Shown here piece by piece: positions 1-14,200 of a stretch of DNA of 64,000 nucleotides (position 1 is the first letter of the stretch; each line of letters starts with the position of its first letter). The position numbers were made by a program, and so were the translations under genes. This stretch comes from Macrostomum lignano (Eukaryota): the NCBI GenBank assembly GCA_002269645.1, contig NIVC01003765.1, forward strand, positions 1-64,000, read 5' to 3'. The notes under the pieces are model-generated. The model worked only from the letters and a program-made list of their open reading frames with translations, had not been told where the DNA came from and ran no database searches.

Positions 1-2323
1 TCCACATGGATGGACGGAGACAAATGCACATATGGATTTCATATGAAAAATCCACATGGAATCCATATCATTTTTTCACTGGGGTGCGTGCGGAGAGAAG
101 GCCAACTGTATGTTGGTGTTAGCCTTATGGGCTCCAAGTCCTCAATGGTTAATTATTAAATTAATAATCGCCGATCTAGATTATAGCTAGAGATCCCGGT
201 AGGGTTGCTCGCTTGACAACAATTAAGTAGAGGAAACTGAAAATAAACTTTTTAGTTTCTTAGACTTTTGCCAATGCATTTCGACCGCAATAGCCTAGAG
301 AGTAGGGCCTATGTTTAATAATTCAGTATTTGAGTCAGCTAGATCTAGTTTAAAATATATATGAATAGGCCTATGAACTGCTTTATTATTTTTGATTTTA
401 TATGTAGAACTTGCTATTTTGTTATTTCCCATGCTGTCAATACAATCTTGACTTTAGTTAAACTTAAATTTATATTTTCTTTTAACACGGTTTAAGGCTT
501 TTTAAAAAACGTTTCATTGACATATTCAAGTGGATAGGCCTATTTCCTATTATATTATTAGGCCCTATCTATTGGTACTGACTGACCTTTGTCTAGGAGA
601 CTGGCCAGGTTTACAACATGTTTAATACTATATAAAATACATACAGTAGCATTCTTTAAGTTGGTTTAAACATTTAAATTATATATACTGGTATAGCCTA
701 GAAAATAGTCATAAAACTAGCAATTTGATAAGGCAAATAATTCTTATATAGTTTCAACCCTAGCCCTAGGCCTTAGGTCTAGGAAAGCATTAATATCTAG
801 GCTTAAATTATGGGTTGGCTTGGCAACTCTACCCTATGGGTCCTATGTGGCCCACAAAGCCTCTTTTTCTAGTCCTTGGGTCTATTAAACTACAATAGTA
901 ATCTAGTCCACCTAAGGCTTATGTCTTATCTTATAGCTTCTTTCTCTTTTCTTTTTCCCCTCTTCTTTCCTCTCCCCTCTCCTCTCTTCTTCTCCCTTCT
1001 TCTTTTTCCTTTCTTTTCTATTCTCCATTCTCCTCTTCTGGGCCCTTAGTCTTATAGTTAAAAAGTTAGCCAAACATTGGCTTAAACTAAATGTTATAAA
1101 ATCCTTTATTATAAAAAGCTTTTATTATTTAAGACCTTTAGTTCTTAGCTAAAAATATTTTTAGATAGCAACAATAATCTAATACCTTGATACCTATGGG
1201 ACTTATTATTTATAAGCACATGAATGAATCTAGAATCTACTTTAATTGTTGGGCCTATGCTAAATGTATCCAAGCCACAATTTTATCAATAGCCTTCTCT
1301 AGATAGAGCCTAAATTTCATGAAAAAAAACATTTCAAATAGCAAAAGCATAGGTATAAAACTTTTGGATTCACTTGGCTATTTCTATTAGTATATATATA
1401 TAGGTCACTATAGCCAAACTTTAAATACAAATCACTAATAGCAACATATGTAATAGGCCTATACAAGTCAATTCAGGCAACATTTACATACAAGTAACTT
1501 GAAACATAAGTCACTATTGGAAAAAGCATGTTTATTGCTTGTTTTCAAAGCAAGAAAATCAGCTTGTTTACTTACTACAGACAAACAGATTCGGCCTATT
1601 TGTAAGTTTTTGAAGCTTACTTATCATGATATAACTAATCTATAGTTCATAATACTACTCATAGGTACTATGAGTAGATAGAGCAATATTTTTATTTTCT
1701 ACATGGGAATTTTTTAGAGCCAATATTTTCAACATTCAGTCTTTTGAAAGACTTAACAATGAGAACATGCATGTTGGATGCCTCTTGTTCATAATGTTGC
1801 ATATTGCAGTTCTGTGAATTCAACCAAGCAGTGCTGTCTGTGCATTCGATTGACATGTGTCTGTGCCGTGCTTTGCTCTGCTCATCACTAGTTTTCTGCG
1901 CGATAGCATTTTAGCCGCTATTTGCACCTTAATGAATTCCCCCTGCTGTACGAAGGCTCGATCTAATAAGGCTCTGGCCACGACCGCTGGCCTCGCTGTG
2001 GTGGGTTTCCGTTCAAGCCTCTGAATACTCGAGGCTGGAACAGCATTAAAAGGCTCTGTAGTGCCCAGCCAGCTGCCCATATAATGGCCACGTGTGAGGC
2101 TGCTACGTAAACTCGCCAGCAATTAAGAAGCTCTGGTAGTTAGAAAAACATCTGTGTTTTCGGTTGGTTTGCCGCGTTCATTTAATCAGGAACTGCGGGG
2201 CATGCACCATTGTAGAGGATGCTTGGATTAGAACTAGTAATTCAAGCTACATGTTCAGATTATTCTTGACTGCATCTAAAATGCATCGTTTATAAATTTA
2301 CTAATGTTCATTCAACAAGCTGA

Positions 2324-2342
2324 CACAGACAGACAGACAGCC

Positions 2343-2402
<60 letters not shown>

Positions 2403-2494
2403 AGAAAGACAGAGAGACAGACAAACAGACAGACAGACAGACACTAAGACACTAAGACACTAAGACAGACAGACAGACAGAAAGAGACAGACAA

Positions 2495-2535
<41 letters not shown>

Positions 2536-2596
2536 GAGACAGACACTAAGACACTAAGACACTAATACACTAATACACCAAGACAGACAGACACTA

Positions 2597-2629
<33 letters not shown>

Positions 2630-2630
2630 C
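2324..2630. repeat. (GACA)n microsatellite with GACACTAA variants
   Basis: Directly visible acagacagacag runs interrupted by gacactaa units. Confidence 0.95.
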
Positions 2631-3784
2631 AAAGAAGATAAGCAATCAAAGGCTGAAGCCTGTTTAGTTGGCAGAGTTCGCCTATCTCTGCTCTCATCTT
2701 GTCTAGTGCGCAGAAGTCTCCAGTCTCGTCGGCTCTTCGTTGGTTGCCAAGTGGCGCGTTCTCGTTTGAGAGGGCACTCGACAGAATCTTGCGGCTCTTC
2801 TACATAGACGCTTCAAAGCGTGAGCCGCCTTGAATCTGATGATTTGAATGCGTCACGCCTCTGCCGAAGCCCCCGGTCATTAAGAATTCTAGAGATCGTT
2901 GCGGGTGACAATTTGAATTGAAATTGAACGAGGGGGGGGCAGGTGAGCGACCGACTGACGGTCAAATTGAATTAGCGATCTCGCTATTTCAGTTGAGTCC
3001 GGCTGGAAAAATAAAATGTTCCCATCCAGTGTCTCGCCGCTAGCACGAGGTTTTCAGAATTGCAAAGGCAAACGAAGACTTTCCTTGTTTTTTATTATCG
3101 TTTTCAACTGTTTTTTCTCTCTTCTTTGTTGCAAAAGAATTTGAAACGGAGATGAATTTTTGGGTCTAAAAAGAGTCGCGGAAATGGGATCGGGCTTCGC
3201 TAGTCTATTCACCGGGGCTGCTGGGGACACGCAACGGGGAGAGGGAACAGCGGAGGGGCAGTAATGACCCTGGCGCGGTTACGTCACGCCCCGTCCGCCA
3301 GCGATAGAAAACTGGAGATTCTGTGGGCGCCTGGCTGCCTGTCTTTCTTTTTCTGCATTTAACTTTGTGTAGCCCTTTTCTAAGGGAGGGTTTTATTTAG
3401 TGGCATGCCTGAATTGTATTTTTCTCAGCTAAGAATTCTTTGATAATTCGTTAATTGCAGAGGTCAGTTAAGCTCTAACTGAAAACATTTTGGCTTCTAA
3501 AAGAGCGAATTTCAATTCGTAAGCAGGCGTAGCAAGATTTCTAGTTAATTAACGTGGAGACTGAAATCTGAGCTTGCCTATCGAGATTCGATTACAATTA
3601 CGTAATCACCAGGAGTTTTGCCTCTGCAGAATCCTCGAGTTCTTAGCCAGTTTTCAGTTGCCGCGGCAAAGCGCCCTGATTGAGTTTCTTCTACGACTAA
3701 CAAAATTTGCCTCCAAAATTTTGGCTATTTGATTTCGAATGATGTCCTCCCCGCGAGAGCTGAGGGAACTTAACATGTATCTAG

Positions 3785-6150
3785 GGGTGGCAGATGCAAG
3801 CTGGATCACCGGGAATTCCCAGGGTGACAAAGATGCAAGCTGGATCACCGGGGAATTCCCAGGGTAACAAAGATGCAAGCTGGATCACCGGGAATTCCCA
3901 GGGTAACAAAGATGCAAGCTGGATCACCGGGGAATTCCCAAGGTGACAAAGATGCAAGCTGGATCATCTGGAATTCCCAAGGTGACAAAGATGCAAGCTG
4001 GATCACCAGGAATTCCCAGGGTGACAAAGATGCAAGCTGGATCACCGGGGAATTCCCAGGGTGACAGAGATGCAAGCTGGATCACCGGGAATTCCCAGGG
4101 TGACAAAGATGCAAGCTGGATCACCGGGGAATTCCCAGGGTGACAAAGATTTAAGCTGGATCACCGGGGAATTCCCCAAGGTGACAGAGATGCAAGCTGG
4201 ATCACCGGGGAATTCCCAGGGTGACAAAGATGCAAGCTGGATTACCGGGAATTCCCCAAGGTGACAAAGATGCAAGCTGGATCACCGGGAATTCCCCAAG
4301 GTGACAGAGATGCAAGCTGGATCACCGGGAATTCCCCAAGGTGACAAAGATGCAAGCTGGATCACCGGGAATTCCCAGGGTGACAAAGATGCAAGCTGGA
4401 TCACCGGGAATTCCCAGGGTAACAAAGATGCAAGCTGGATCACCGGGGAATTCCCAAGGTGACAAAGATGCAAGCTGGATCATCTGGAATTCCCAGGGTG
4501 ACAAAGATGCAAGCTGGATCACCGGGAATTCCCAGGGTGACAAAGATGCAAGCTGGATCACCGGGGAATTCCCAGGGTGACAGAGATGCAAGCTGGATCA
4601 CCGGGAATTCCCAGGGTGACAGAGATGCAAGCTGGATCACCGGGGAATTCCCAGGGTGACAAAGATTTAAGCTGGATCACCGGGGAATTCCCCAAGGTGA
4701 CAGAGATGCAAGCTGGATCACCGGGGAATTCCCAGGGTGACAAAGATGCAAGCTGGATTACCGGGAATTCCCCAAGGTGACAAAGATGCAAGCTGGATCA
4801 CCGGGAATTCCCCAAGGTGACAGAGATGCAAGCTGGATCACCGGGAATTCCCCAAGGTGACAAAGATGCAAGCTGGATCACCGGGAATTCCCAGGGTGAC
4901 AAAGATGCAAGCTGGATCACCGGGAATTCCCAGGGTGACAAAGATGCAAGCTGGATCACCGGGAATTCCCAGGGTGACAAAGATGCAAGCTGGATCACCG
5001 GGAATTCCCAGGGTGACAGAGATGCAAGCTGGATCACCGGGAATTCCCAGGGTGACAAAGATGCAAGCTGGATCACCGGGGAATTCCCAGGGTGACAAAG
5101 ATGCAAGCTGGATCACCGGGAATTCCCAGGGTGACAGAGATGCAAGCTGGATCACCGGGGAATTCCAGGGTGACAAAGATTTAAGCTGGATCACCGGGGA
5201 ATTCCCCAAGGTGACAGAGATGCAAGCTGGATCACCGGGGAATTCCCAGGGTGACAAAGATGCAAGCTGGATCACCGGGGAATTCCCAGGGTGACAAAGA
5301 TGCAAGCTGGATCACCGGGAATTCCCAGGGTGACAAAGATGCAAGCTGGATCACCGGGGAATTCCCAAGGTGACAGAGATGCAAGCTGGATCACCGGGGA
5401 ATTCCCAGGGTGACAAATATTTAAGCTGGATCACCGGGAATTCCCAGGGTGACAAAGATGCAAGCTGGATCACCGGGGAATTCCCAGGGTGACAAAGATG
5501 CAAGCTGGATCACCGGGGAATTCCCAGGGTGACAGAGATGCAAGCTGGATCACCGGGAATTCCCAGGGTGACAAAGATGCAAGCTGGATCACCGGGGAAT
5601 TCCCAGGGTGACAAAGATGCAAGCTGGATCACCGGGGAATTCCCAGGGTGACAAAGATGCAAGCTGGATCACCGGGGAATTCCCCAAGGTGACAAAGATG
5701 CAAGCTGGATCACCGGGAATTCCCAGGGTGACAAAGATGCAAGCTGGATCACCGGGGAATTCCCAGGGTGACAAAGATGCAAGCTGGATCACCGGGGAAT
5801 TCCCCAAGGTGACAAAGATGCAAGCTGGATCACCGGGGAATTCCCAGGGTGACAAAGATGCAAGCTGGATCACCGGGGAATTCCCAGGGTGACAAAGATG
5901 CAAGCTGGATCACCGGGAATTCCCAGGGTGACAAAGATGCAAGCTGGATCACCGGGGAATTCCCAGGGTGACAAAGATTTAAGCTGGATCACCGGGAATT
6001 CCCAGGGTGACAGAGATGCAAGCTGGATCACCGGGAATTCCCAAGGTGACAAAGATGCAAGCTGGATCACCGGGAATTCCCCAAGGTGACAGAGGTTTAA
6101 GCTGGATCATCTGGAATTCCCAAGGTGACAGAGGTGCCAGCTAGATCAGT
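3785..6150. repeat. 39-41 bp palindromic minisatellite, about 60 copies
   Basis: Unit GATGCAAGCTGGATCACCGGG(G)AATTCCC(C)AGGGTGACAAA in head-to-tail tandem. Length varies in the G/C runs around GAATTC. There are no unique spacers. Confidence 0.97.
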
Positions 6151-7065
6151 GTTGCGGTGTTGCATGAATAGGATTTTTGAATTAGGAAATGAGTAGCAAC
6201 TCACTTTTTACCAAGCTCTTTTGCAATCTTCCAAGCTCTGAATATTTTCTCTAGAATTCCGCACAGTTCTGACGGTGATAAAAAAGTCTAGCTAGCTAGT
6301 TCGCAATTTCGCTCTCTATTCTTCCTTACTCAAGGATGTTTGAAAAAAATCACTCGGGATTCGCTACAGAGCTCCCTCCCATCTGGAATAAGCTCGCGTT
6401 TTCCTCTCACTGCGCTCTGCTCTCAGACTCTCATGGCGAGCGGTGTTGTGTGTGATTGAGGAGGCTTGCTTAGCCGCAAAATCGGAAGCTGAGTAATCCC
6501 TCCTCCTGATCTCGCCTCTTCCTCAGTTCCACCTCTCCCTCTCGCGTCTTTGAATTACAGAGCAGGCGGGAGGGGCGGCTGCTGCGGCCCGGGACCTCGG
6601 CAGTTCCCCCCGATCGACCCAATCAGTAGGCACTGTTCGTCACTCTGTCTGTCAGTCTCCGGTAGCCAAGCGAAGCCTTCGAGTCCTAAATGTGATTCCC
6701 CCTGACCCCAATCTTATCTATCGCTCGCTTGCCTCGCTCGCCAAAGTCGCAAAAGAGTAGAGGGGCAGAAATGAGCTCTAGCTGAGCAGCAGATGAAGAT
6801 GTAGACAGGGGTTGTACAGGCAGTCTGGCTCTCCTCTCGCACACTCGCCCCAGAGGGCTAGTAAGGTGACGAATGAATCGAACGAGAATAAGTTTTCTGC
6901 CTCAAGCCTTTCTGATTGGCTCTGCCGCCGATCCGTGTGGGCGCCAATCCCTGACGCACTGCCGGCCCAACCGTGGGGCTATTAAGTCATTCTCGGGCCC
7001 GCCCCTGTGTTCCAGCGGTTTGACTGTCGGCAACTTGCTGGCATGGCATGACACTCTGACGCACT

Positions 7066-8262
7066 ATGCTGCCGCTGCTGTTGCTGCTGCCGCTGCTACA
7101 CTCGCCCCCTGGCGCTAGCGGCCAGGCCAGCAACTTCACCTTCCATGTTGAGGAGAACGGAGACCGGCCGGACCTGCTTGTTGGCTCTGTGAACTCCGGC
7201 GACTGTGGCGGCGGCGCCGGCGCCCAGGTGTACAACTCCTTCAGCATCCCGCGCGACCGCTTCAGCTTGGACTCGCGCACCGGCCAGATTCGAACTCTGG
7301 CAGCCCTGGACCGCGAGGCCCAGGCTTCCTACAGCTTCGACTTCATCTGCGGCAGCCAGGTCGGTCACGTGACCGTGCTAATCGACGACAAAAACGACTG
7401 CGCCCCAACCTTCTCCAACTCCAGCCTGTGGCTGCGGCTGCTGGAGACGGTCGCTGTCCCCACCGAGCTGTCCTTGGGCTTCGTGGAGGACGCTGACTCT
7501 GCGGAGAACGGCCTCGACCGAGTGGAGATCACCGCTGGTAACGCCGAGCACCGGTTCCGCCTCCGGCTCCGCCAGCAGCCCGCCAGGCCGGCCCGCTCCG
7601 ACTTGCTGCTGGAGCTGCTCGCCCCGCTGGACTTCGAGTCGGCAGCTGAGCACCGCCTGCGGCTGGTTGCCACGGATAAGCGCGGCCTGACCGGCTCGGC
7701 CGGTGTCACTGTGATCGTGGAGAACGCCAACGATGAGCGGCCGGTGTTTGAGCAGACTCGCTACAGCCTGGACGTGCTGGAGAACGCCACTGTTGGCTCC
7801 CGGCTGCTCCAGGTGCGGGCCACCGATCGGGACGCCGGGGTGTTCGGCATTGTGAGCTACAGCATCGAGCACGGGGTGTCCGAGTCTAGCCGCCTGTTCT
7901 CAGTGGAGCCGGACACCGGGATTGTCCGCCTGGCCGGCCAGTTAGACTTCGAGACCAAGCGCGCCCACTCGCTGGTCCTGCTGGCGTCGGATGGCGCCAA
8001 TTCCAACAGCGCCAACCTGCTGGTGCGCGTCTTGGACGTCAACGACCGGCCGCCATCGATTTCGGCCACCAGACTGGGCAGCGCCGACCTGACCCAGGTG
8101 ACACCAGTGGGTCAACCGGTGTTCCGAGTGCAGGCGGCCGACCCGGACAGGCCCGGAGAACCAGTGAAATTGACGCTGGCCTGCCAGCTGGCGGGTGGCG
8201 CCGCCCAGTGTCCGGAGTACTTCAGGCTGGCGCCTCTGGATGTCAACCTCTATGTGCTGCAG
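7066..8262 (+). CDS. ds: Dachsous-like exon 1 (signal peptide and first cadherin repeats)
   Basis: ATG at 7066, cadherin motifs DKNDCAPTF, ANDERPVF, DVNDRPP. Donor CAG|GTGAGA at 8263, phase 0. Confidence 0.9.
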
Positions 8263-11200
8263 GTGAGAACCGCAATGGGCCTGACGTCTCGCTCAATGAA
8301 CTGACATCTTATCAAATGAGCTGACACCTCAATACCTCGATCAATGATCTGACACCTCGATCAATGATCTGACACCTCGATCAATGATCTGACACCTCGA
8401 TCAGTAATCTGACACCTCGATCAATGATCTGACACCTCGATCAATGATCTGACACCTTGATAAATGATCTGACACCCCGATCAATGATCTGACACCTCGA
8501 TTAATGATCTGACGCCTCCATCAATGATCTGACACCTCGATCAATGATCTGACACCCCGATCAATGATCTGACACCTCGATTAATGATCTGACACCTCGA
8601 TTAATGATCTGGCACATCGATCAAAGATTCTTGTCATTGATTGTGTTGTTGCTCAATAGATTTATTTCAATTTTCTCGGGGCAATTGCTTAACACATACT
8701 CAACCACACAAAAAGTATCTGTGCACCTATCAAACAAAGGTATACCAGCTGCTGTATAAAAAGTTTATAACCGGTCAAACTGTTTTGATGCAGCATAGGA
8801 ACCCTCCCCGAAAGTCATTGCCACTCGGAAATCAGCACTAGTCATACAACGCTGGCGCTCTTGTCTGCCAAATTTTATGTATTTTATTGGGATTCGCGTC
8901 CTTGCAAAGCATTTTAAGGCGAAGTCAAGTGCGTGCTTAAACTAAACAACTCTCGATTCCAGGTAGAGCAAGTCAAGTCAAGGGGGGGGAGCATCACAAA
9001 CCCAAAAAATCGCAACTCCAAAAACAAAAATAGCATTGCCCATCATAAACCCGAGATATCAAAACTCCGAAAGTTCTAGCAATGTCCAAAAATATTTTGG
9101 TTTTCGGAGTTATTATATTTCGCCTTTGTGATATTTCGGGTTTATGATGGGCGTTGCTAACGCTTTCGGAGTTATGATATTTCGGGTTTGGGATATTTCG
9201 AGTTAATGATGGGAATTGCTTTCAGGGTTGTGATTTTTCGGGTTTATGATGGCGACCCAGTCAAGAAAATCGGACTGAATTCGGCCTCATTAAAAAGCTT
9301 AAGAGGGCAGTTCAGCTTTGAATATCTCATCGGCAGCTCTTTTATTTATAAAGGTAGAGAAAATGACTATACCGTACTGCAACAAACAATATGTAAAGCT
9401 CATGTAAGTGGACTTATTGGTAAATAAATTTGTAGCAGTGGGTCTAATATCTATAATGCGGAATCAGAGTCGCTGCAGCTCCGCCACTGTGCCGCGAATG
9501 TGACGCACGCACGACTCCAAGCTCTTCGTTAGCGTGAGCAGCGACTGCGACATGGAGTCGATGATTTTCGCCTCCCGGCGCTCCCGCTGAGATGCGGTCG
9601 AATGGTCGATAAGAGGCTGCACAGACGGCTCTGCGAGACCGTCATTGCACTGATAGTCGCCTTCGCAGCAACAAGTTCTAAAGTTGCAGCTGCAATATTG
9701 AGTGTCGCAGGCACAAAACTCATCGCTGCAGTCGTTGTCTTCGAAGTTCGACTGGTTTCCGTCGAGTACCTGCGTGTTCTCAAGCTCAGACTCCTCGACA
9801 TCTTCGTCTTCAATCTCTAATTCATTTCTGTCATTTTCGAGGCCAAGATCGCAGGTTGCATGGCATGTCTGAAAGCTGCACGCCTTGCTCTGCTGCCTCC
9901 GGCGACGTCGTCCACTACCCGTCCCTGGACAGGAGAAAGTTGCAGAGACAGCAGAGCCGCTGTACCGCAGTCTCGCCCTCTCCAGCGTCTGCAGAAGGTG
10001 GTCGAATCCGCCTCTTGCAATGGCCGTATGCAGTACGGCTGATTCGGTCTCTGCTGACTGAGTTGAGACCGCCGAAGCTGACGGTGAATCCGAGGGAGCT
10101 CGCCGACGCTGCCGCCATCTCTTGTCTACACGTCGTTCTGGTGCTGAGTGCACATTTGAGTAGCTAACTGATGTGCAGCAGTCGCTGTCGCGAGTTCGAT
10201 GTGATGAATGTGGATCAGGTGCAGGCGGCCACTGAGGCTTCATCTGCTGACAGTCGGTAGTGCAGCCGCAGTCGCCAGTACTGGCTCCACTTGAGTAATG
10301 CAAAGCCGGATGCAGGACCTCAGTAAGAGGTGCGCACTGTGGCTCGTTGCACTGTATGCGCCATTGCTCCATTCGCCAATCCGATGACGCAGTCGGTTTC
10401 TCCCTGATGCAACGTGCAGTCATGGGGTGACATTTCAGCTTGTAAAATGCAGCCATCTGCCAGTCCGTCACAGTCTCGTCACAGTCGGAAAGCTCACAGT
10501 AGAAAAGTACTTTTTCTCGCCGAGAAACAGCCGGTTGTAGGTAAATTGACTCGCTTGTAGACTCTGCACAGCTTTGCCAGCTCTGTGGTTGCTGGTACAG
10601 CAGCTCCAGCTGAAGGTTGAATTCCTCCTTGAATTCTACGGCCAAGACAGGTGATGGGTCGTCAGAGACGCGGGTTATTTGTTGCTGGAGAGCATACCGA
10701 AAGCTGCGGTTGACGCGGCGTGTCATTGAACTGCACTTCTGCAGAATGTTTTGTTCACTCGATGGCCAATCGATGGCGTCACCAGTATGACAGTCAATGC
10801 AGTGATGCTTGCAGGGACAGTCGAGATTCGACGGGACCAAGTACGACCTTGGCGATGGTAGCACCTGTGCCGGAGTTGAGCTACAAAACACGATGCACCA
10901 ATGCTTCCTCACTGTCTTGATTACTGGTCTGTCTGTCTCCACTGGCGTTGGCATAGGTGTGCAGGACTCGAGCAGCAAATTGTGAGATACTTCCCTAGCT
11001 GGAGTAACCGGCAGACTCCTGAGGAAGATACTCTCGAAGAAGCAGTGAGTCCTCCTGCTTGCAGTCGCTTTCTCGTTCAGTGACGATACAACTGAACTCT
11101 CTGAGCGAGGCCTTGAATCCACAGCTGACCGTGACCTGACAACCGCCTGCTGCAAGTCCGGGGTCAGGCAAACTTCCGCAGTGCTGAATCGAGTAAGCTT

Positions 11201-14200
11201 ATAGGTCTTTCTGCTTCGATCTGGGGACCGTTTGCAGCTCAACGGGGTGTCAGCGTTGAAGGCGTCGACAGAGGAGCTTCCGTCATCCGGTGGAAGCCGA
11301 AAATGCGCATCGCCAGCGGCTGCACAGCGTCGAAAGTCGCACAGACTGGGCGATGATGCGGCTTCGCTGATGCCTTCGCTAGTCAAGTCCATTTCAGATT
11401 TTGCACGGAAAAAATTGTGTGAAATTTGTTTGGCTGTTATCAATAGGTTGCAAGTTCTAGTTTCGCAATTTTTGCCCTAGACGAAATGTAACTCTAGTGC
11501 TCATTCGACAAGTTAAGACAAAATCTACAAGTAGTTGTCTCTGCTAAGAAAAGCATCTGCTCTTCTAGGAAACCACTGAAAAGGCTGAAATATATTGACT
11601 CCCTATGTGATTTTAAGCTGATCTGAGTTCAATAAGTCCATACAGTTCATACTAAGGGGACAGATCATCTCTCGTAGTGGCCTGAGTCCCAGGAGGTGCG
11701 CTATGGAGTGCGGATGCTTACGGAGACACAGCACAAGCAACTTTTGCCATCCTCATCAACAAGCAAAGTACACTCATCTATGAAGAGAGATTAGCCCTCA
11801 GATTTGGGTCGCAAGACAAGCCGGGGCTGCAATCATTTTCCAGAAACAATCCTTAGCTACTCGTACTTAAGCACGGGAGCTTAGACGCGTCGCAGAGCAA
11901 GGCTGACTTTAATCCTTCAGCATTTGACCACTCAATGAGTCATCAAACAGTATCAATGTGTTTGGCGCATCAGTCAATGATCTGAATTCTCCTCTCACTA
12001 TCCTGACGCCCCTCAGGTGGCCTCGCGCCTGTCGCCCGGCCAGTTCACCCTCTCGCTCACGGCCACGGACTCCGGTGCGCCGCCGCTGTCGGCCAGCCTG
12101 CTGCTCAACCTGACCGTCCAGCTGCGCAACGAGCGCGCCCCGGTGTTCGCGCGGCCCGCCTACCAAGCCGCCGTCACCGCCGCATCGACCAGCGACGGGA
12201 CCGGCGCCAGGCGTCTCTTGCAGGTGTCGGCTGTCGACCCGGATGGCGACCCGGTGACCTACGCCATCCTGAGCGGCGGCGGTGGCGCACTGGAGATCGA
12301 CTCTGCCACCGGTTGGGTGTCGCTGGCCGACGGCGCCGGTGGCAGCTGGCTGCTGTGCGGCAGCCTCTCAGTACTGCTCGGCGCTACCGACTGCGGCAGG
12401 CCGCCGCTGACTGGGAACGCCACTCTGACAGTCACTGTCAGCAGCTCGGCCGCCTTCCCGCCCCGCTTCCACCGCCCGGTGTTCACCGCTGCCGTCTCCC
12501 TCGCCTCGCTCACCGACGGCGCCTGCGTCGCTCGGGTATCGGCCTTCGACCCAGACTGCGGCTCCGTGCTGAACTTTGACTTCGCCGTCAACCCTACAGC
12601 CAGCTGGTACGGTCGCGAGTTCGAATCCGCTTTTCGGCTGGAGCCGCGCACCGGCCAGCTGTGCGTCCTGAACGGCACGGCAGCGGGCCGGCTGATGGCG
12701 CGGGCTGGCGGCCGCCTGGACCTGTCGGTGCGAGTCACGGATCCGTCAGGCATGCAGAGCTTCGCCTTGCTGATCCTGCGGCTGCCTAGCAACGGCCTGG
12801 CAACCGAAAGCGCCTCCGCTGGCCATGGATTTTTTCCTATTGACAAGTTAGTTTGGGTAGTTAGTTTTTTTCAGATTCAATTGCGTTTCCGGATCTTTGG
12901 GATTAAAATATGAGGTTCTATGAGCTTAAAATTTTAATCAGTGTGGGATTCGAGTCGGTGTGGGATTTGAGTCAGTTTGGGATTTGATTTAATGTGGGAT
13001 TCGAATCTGTGGGATTCGAGTTAATGTGGAATTCGAATCTGTGGGATTCGAGTCAGTGTGGGATTCGAGTTAATGTGGGATTCGAGTCGGTGTGGGATTC
13101 GAGTTAATGTGGGATTCGAGTCAGTGTGGGATTCGAGTTAATGTGGGATTCGAGTCGGTGTGGGATTCGAGTTAATGTGGGATTCGAATCTGAGGGATTC
13201 GAGTCAGTGTGGGATTCGAGTTAATGTGGGATTCGAGTCAGTGTGGGATTCGAGTTAATGTGGGATTCGAGTCGGTGTGGGATTCGAGTTAATGTGGGAT
13301 TCGAATCTGAGGGATTCGAGTCAGTGTGGGATTCGAGTTAATGTGGGATTCGAGTCGGTGTGGGATTCGAGTCAGTGTGGGATTCGAGTTAATGTGGGAT
13401 TCGAATCTGTGGGATTCGAGTCAGTGTGGGATTCGAGTTAATGTGGGATTCGAGTCGGTGTGGGATTCGAGTTAATGTGGGATTCGAATCTGTGGGATTC
13501 GAGTCAGTGTGGGATTCGAGTTAATGTGGGATTCGAGTCGGTGTGGGATTCGAGTTAATGTGGGATTCGAATCTGTGGGATTCGAGTCAGTGTGGGATTC
13601 GATTTAATGTGGGATTCGAATCTGTGGGATTCGAGTCAGTGTGGGATTCGAGTTAATGTGGGATTCGAATCTGTGGGATTCGAGTTAGTGTGGGATTTTA
13701 GTCAGTGTGGGATTTTAGTCAGTGTGGGATTTGAGTCGGTTTGGGATTTGAGTCGGTTTGGGATTTGAGTCAGTGCGGGATTTGAGTAGTGGGATTCGAC
13801 CAAGGCTAAATCTCCAGTCCCAACTCGTGCCCCCAGACTCCAAGTGGACGTCAGCGAGTGGCAACCGCCAGGCCGGGAGATTTTCACCGTGGCGGCGGTC
13901 GGCGGCTGCCCCTCTGGCTACCGGCTTCTGGAGCCGCGGCCGCCCTTCCAGCTGCTGCCCAACGGCAGCCTGCTGCTGCAGCCGCCCGGCCTGGACTTCG
14001 AGACCGGGCCGCGAACTCGCGACCTTCGAGTCAGCTGCGACGGCATTGCTAGCTCCTCCGTCCTGCTGGTGAGCATCGGCCTGTTGAACGAGAACGACAA
14101 CCCGCCCGACTGCGGCCGGCCCGCATCCGCCGCCGCCGCTTCCGGCCAGTCGGTGCCGGACAACCTCCGGCCGGGCGACCGAATTGACAGCCTCGCCTGC

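Noticed and set aside
1820-2122. 100-aa minus-strand ORF, and similar short ORFs at 32264, 35083, 42545 and 46352
   Set aside because: No recognisable domains or splice context; lengths are compatible with chance.
3785-6150. CRISPR-like array or repetitive protein ORFs (TKMQAGSPG..., SQGDKDASWIT...)
   Set aside because: The palindromic units are contiguous with no unique spacers and there are no cas genes. The ORFs shift frame with G/C-run length, so they are by-products of the repeat.
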